Below, piece after piece: positions 61,579 through 64,000 of a DNA stretch of 64,000 nt (positions are counted from its first letter, which is position 1; each line of letters starts with the position of its first letter). Both the position numbers and the translations under genes were made by a program. The notes beneath the pieces were generated by a model that was given only the letters and a program-made list of their open reading frames with translations, did not search any database and was not told the origin of the DNA. This DNA comes from an uncultured Bacteroidales bacterium (GTDB lineage: Bacteria; Bacteroidota; Bacteroidia; Bacteroidales; JAADJA01), in assembly GCA_963761195.1 (NCBI GenBank), contig CAVXGA010000009.1, positions 270,747 through 334,746 of the forward strand, in the 5' to 3' direction.

Positions 61579-61826
61579 AAAAATCTAATCGGTGAAAATC
61601 AGAATAATTACAACAATGCTGGTTTTCAACAGTGATACATAAGCGCAATCATGGATTAGAACAGAACAGAAATAATCCATTGCTTATAAATAGTTTGAAA
61701 TTAATAAGAATTTCATTTGCGTTGCATCGTAAGTAACCGCTTTTATAAATCAAACGTATTATTTTGTTCGGGTAATTGAATAATTAATATAATTTTGATT
61801 GTTAAACGAAGATAATCTTATTTCCT

Positions 61827-62426
61827 ATGCTGAATATACGATTAGCTGAACCCACGGATTACAAGGCAATCTATAATATATACAAGCCTTTTGTTGAAAA
61901 CACTTCTGTTTCCTTCGAAACAGAAGTACCCCCGCTCAGTGAATTTTCGCTCAGAATAAACCAGATATTGGTACAGTATCCGTGGCTTGTAGCTGAGCAT
62001 GATGGTGTCGTCATCGGATATGCTTATGCCTGTAAACATCGGCAAAGGGCGGCTTATCGCTGGTCGGTCGAAACTTCAGTTTATATAAAACATAATCATG
62101 AAAGAAGAGGAATAGCTACCGGCTTGTACACAGCTTTGTTCGAAATTCTTACACTTCAGGGGTATAAAACAGCTTTGGCAGGAATTACCCTTCCTAATGA
62201 ACCGAGTGTAAACTTTCATCAGTCATTCGGATTTTCAATTGTCGGTGTTTATGATCACATCGGTTATAAATCGGATCAATGGCATTCGGTAAGCTGGTGG
62301 CAACGAGCCATCACCAATTACGACGGTTTGCCAAAAAAGCTGTTTCCAATGAAGGAAATTAATGGAACGTCTCCTTACCGGGCAGCACTTAATCTGGGGA
62401 TTGACAAATGTAAAAACTCGGATTGA
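61827..62426 (+). CDS. GNAT-family N-acetyltransferase (phosphinothricin acetyltransferase-like)
   Basis: 199-aa ORF containing IRLAEPTDYKAIYNIY...SFE...HERRGIATGLY...FHQSFGF. Confidence 0.7.
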   Translation: MLNIRLAEPTDYKAIYNIYKPFVENTSVSFETEVPPLSEFSLRINQILVQYPWLVAEHDGVVIGYAYACKHRQRAAYRWSVETSVYIKHNHERRGIATGLYTALFEILTLQGYKTALAGITLPNEPSVNFHQSFGFSIVGVYDHIGYKSDQWHSVSWWQRAITNYDGLPKKLFPMKEINGTSPYRAALNLGIDKCKNSD

Positions 62427-62656
62427 GAAGCAAACCTCATTTTCTAAAGACCAGAAATAACAGCATATTTATCAAATATTTAATTAAAACTACCTGGAAA
62501 TAGCTTTCGTCATTTGTTCCTTCTCAGTTCGGATTTTATGCTAAATCATGGTACTGACTTTTTTACAAATCAACTTCAAAAAACCAGTTTGCTATCTAAC
62601 CAGTCGTGAAAAAGTAATTGATATTTACAAATCTGTTTATGAATTCTGATTTTTTG

Positions 62657-62664
62657 TAAATTTG
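62657..62664 (+). promoter_or_regulatory. -7 promoter box TAAATTTG
   Basis: Matches TAnnTTTG and lies 47 nt upstream of the ATG at 62711. Confidence 0.35.
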
Positions 62665-62710
62665 TAAACCGTTTTCGATGTGTTTCATTAATCGCCATTA
62701 ATATTTAATC

Positions 62711-63439
62711 ATGAACAAAGAAAAAGCAACGATAGAAACTACCGGGACTATCAAGAAAAAGGAGACATTAGCAAGTATTGAGGAGGCTTTTAGTGCAAAG
62801 GCTCTTGTTATAGAAAGCAAATTTCCCTACCCTGGATATTATCAACCGTCCATTCCCGATGTTATGGAGCTTAACCCTGACAGTGTCTATCTTATTACCA
62901 GGGGCAATATTGATGATGTGAAGTTGATGAGAATTAACCAGGAAGTGAAAAAAGGTTACACGAAACATTTCGATGCTGCTTCAGGGAGAATAACTGTTTA
63001 TAATGAAATGCGATCATGCATTCGCCTTAAATTCCTGAAAAATTATACGGATATACCTGAACTGGTTGAGCGATTCAGAGATCATGATATACAATTTCTG
63101 AAATACAGGCAAATTTCGGACTATACCGGATTGATCGATGTTAAAAAATATTTTGTGCTGGAAACAATTGAACCAGGCATTTACAGGGACGTGGAGGTTC
63201 CTGAAATGAGCTATATTCAGATTCCGGGGTTTCTCAACTGGGAAAACTTTGAACGGATTACACTCGACATGAAACATAACCTGGAAGACAACAAATTCGA
63301 TGCTGCTGTCGGAACGATATACCGAAAAAACTGCATTATCGACATTGTCAGAATCTATGATAAAAAGTTTTCGCTGGATAAGTTGTATACGATCAGAGAA
63401 AAATACAAGCAAGCATTAAAAAAACTTGAAACGCTTTAA
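62711..63439 (+). CDS. Hypothetical protein, no recognisable family
   Basis: 242-aa ORF that is soluble-looking, with no signal peptide or TM helix. It has its own promoter box and terminator. Confidence 0.5.
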   Translation: MNKEKATIETTGTIKKKETLASIEEAFSAKALVIESKFPYPGYYQPSIPDVMELNPDSVYLITRGNIDDVKLMRINQEVKKGYTKHFDAASGRITVYNEMRSCIRLKFLKNYTDIPELVERFRDHDIQFLKYRQISDYTGLIDVKKYFVLETIEPGIYRDVEVPEMSYIQIPGFLNWENFERITLDMKHNLEDNKFDAAVGTIYRKNCIIDIVRIYDKKFSLDKLYTIREKYKQALKKLETL

Positions 63440-63446
63440 TTGGTAG

Positions 63447-63477
63447 AAAAGCTTACGGTTAACGCAAGCTTTTTTTA
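63447..63477 (+). terminator. Rho-independent terminator (stem with one mismatch)
   Basis: AGCTTACG / CGCAAGCT followed by a T7 run, 8 nt after the stop. Confidence 0.6.
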
Positions 63478-63512
63478 TTTTTGCATTCCATAATTTATTC
63501 AATCAACTTTTC

Positions 63513-64000
63513 ATGATAAAACAAGTTGTAAATGAAATTTCGTTGTGGCTGAGCCGGCAGGGCATGTCTGAGCATCTTACCGACTCGATTGCAGCATTGC
63601 TGTTGTTTGTCATTTTTAGCATCCTGGCCTGGCTCACTTATTTCATCGCACGTAAAGTGTTGTTGACCATCATTATCCGGGCTACCCGGAAAACGGAAAC
63701 CAAGTGGGACGACGTTCTGCTCGAAAAAAAATTTTTCGGATACCTGTCAAATCTGATCCCTGCCTATATTCTTTACCTGCTTGCACCTCTGGTTTTTGAA
63801 AACTATGCCAGAACTGCCTCGATGCTTCAAACCATACTTTCGATCAGTATGGTGGTTTTGGTTATAATGGCGATCAATGCTTTTTTAAATGCCGCTGCGA
63901 TCATTTACCAGGATTTTTCCGTTGCCAAATCAAAGCCCATCAAAGGCTATGTGCAAATCATAAAGATCTTTGTTGTTTTCATTGGTACCATTGTGGTTCT
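63513..64000 (+). CDS. Mechanosensitive ion channel (MscS family), N-terminal part, cut by the window edge
   Basis: Manual translation from the ATG at 63513 gives MIKQVVNEISLWLSRQG...RKTETKWDDVLLEKKFFGYLSNLIP...SKPIKGYVQIIKIFV, the typical MscS-like TM region. It is open to the window end. Confidence 0.7.
   Translation, partial: MIKQVVNEISLWLSRQGMSEHLTDSIAALLLFVIFSILAWLTYFIARKVLLTIIIRATRKTETKWDDVLLEKKFFGYLSNLIPAYILYLLAPLVFENYARTASMLQTILSISMVVLVIMAINAFLNAAAIIYQDFSVAKSKPIKGYVQIIKIFVVFIGTIVV

Overview
This is a 64-kb chromosomal segment from an AT-rich Bacteroidota genome. The phylum call rests on T9SS C-terminal sorting domains, the conserved recN / DUF4835 / coaBC / rpoZ / bamD block, and many TAnnTTTG promoter boxes. 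The centre of the window (33.6-51.8 kb, minus strand) is the complete ribosomal superoperon in canonical order: rpsL-rpsG-fusA-rpsJ-rplCDWB-rpsS-rplV-rpsC-rplP-rpmC-rpsQ-rplNXE-rpsNH-rplFR-rpsE-rpmD-rplO-secY-map-infA-rpmJ-rpsMKD-rpoA-rplQ, followed by eno. rpmJ and rpmD are not in the ORF track and were found by hand. The flanks hold housekeeping and accessory genes: a partial fabI, an alpha-oxoamine synthase, two tandem T9SS-secreted M14 carboxypeptidases, a class III nucleotidyl cyclase followed by HD and USP genes, DPP-III, comB, gcvT, a CapD-like dehydratase, thioredoxin-like lipoproteins, a GH13 amylase, galM, ppk2, galK, an Smr protein and a partial MscS. I saw no rRNA, tRNA or CRISPR array. 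Two observations stand out. (1) A RayT/IS200-like HUH transposase is bracketed by perfect REP-like hairpins that share the core AACCTAACAGGT, a REPtron-like cassette sitting between galM and ppk2. (2) About ten single-base reading-frame disruptions break otherwise conserved genes, including the essential fabI, coaBC and rplE. Six of them fall in 54.9-60.5 kb, and most look like one extra base in a short homopolymer, so I read them mainly as assembly or base-calling errors rather than biology. A 5'-truncated IS4/IS701-type transposase remnant is also present. I did not find a convincing new multi-gene system such as a defence island; the weaker candidates are flagged with modest scores. All calls come from reading the translations and the DNA, with no database searches.
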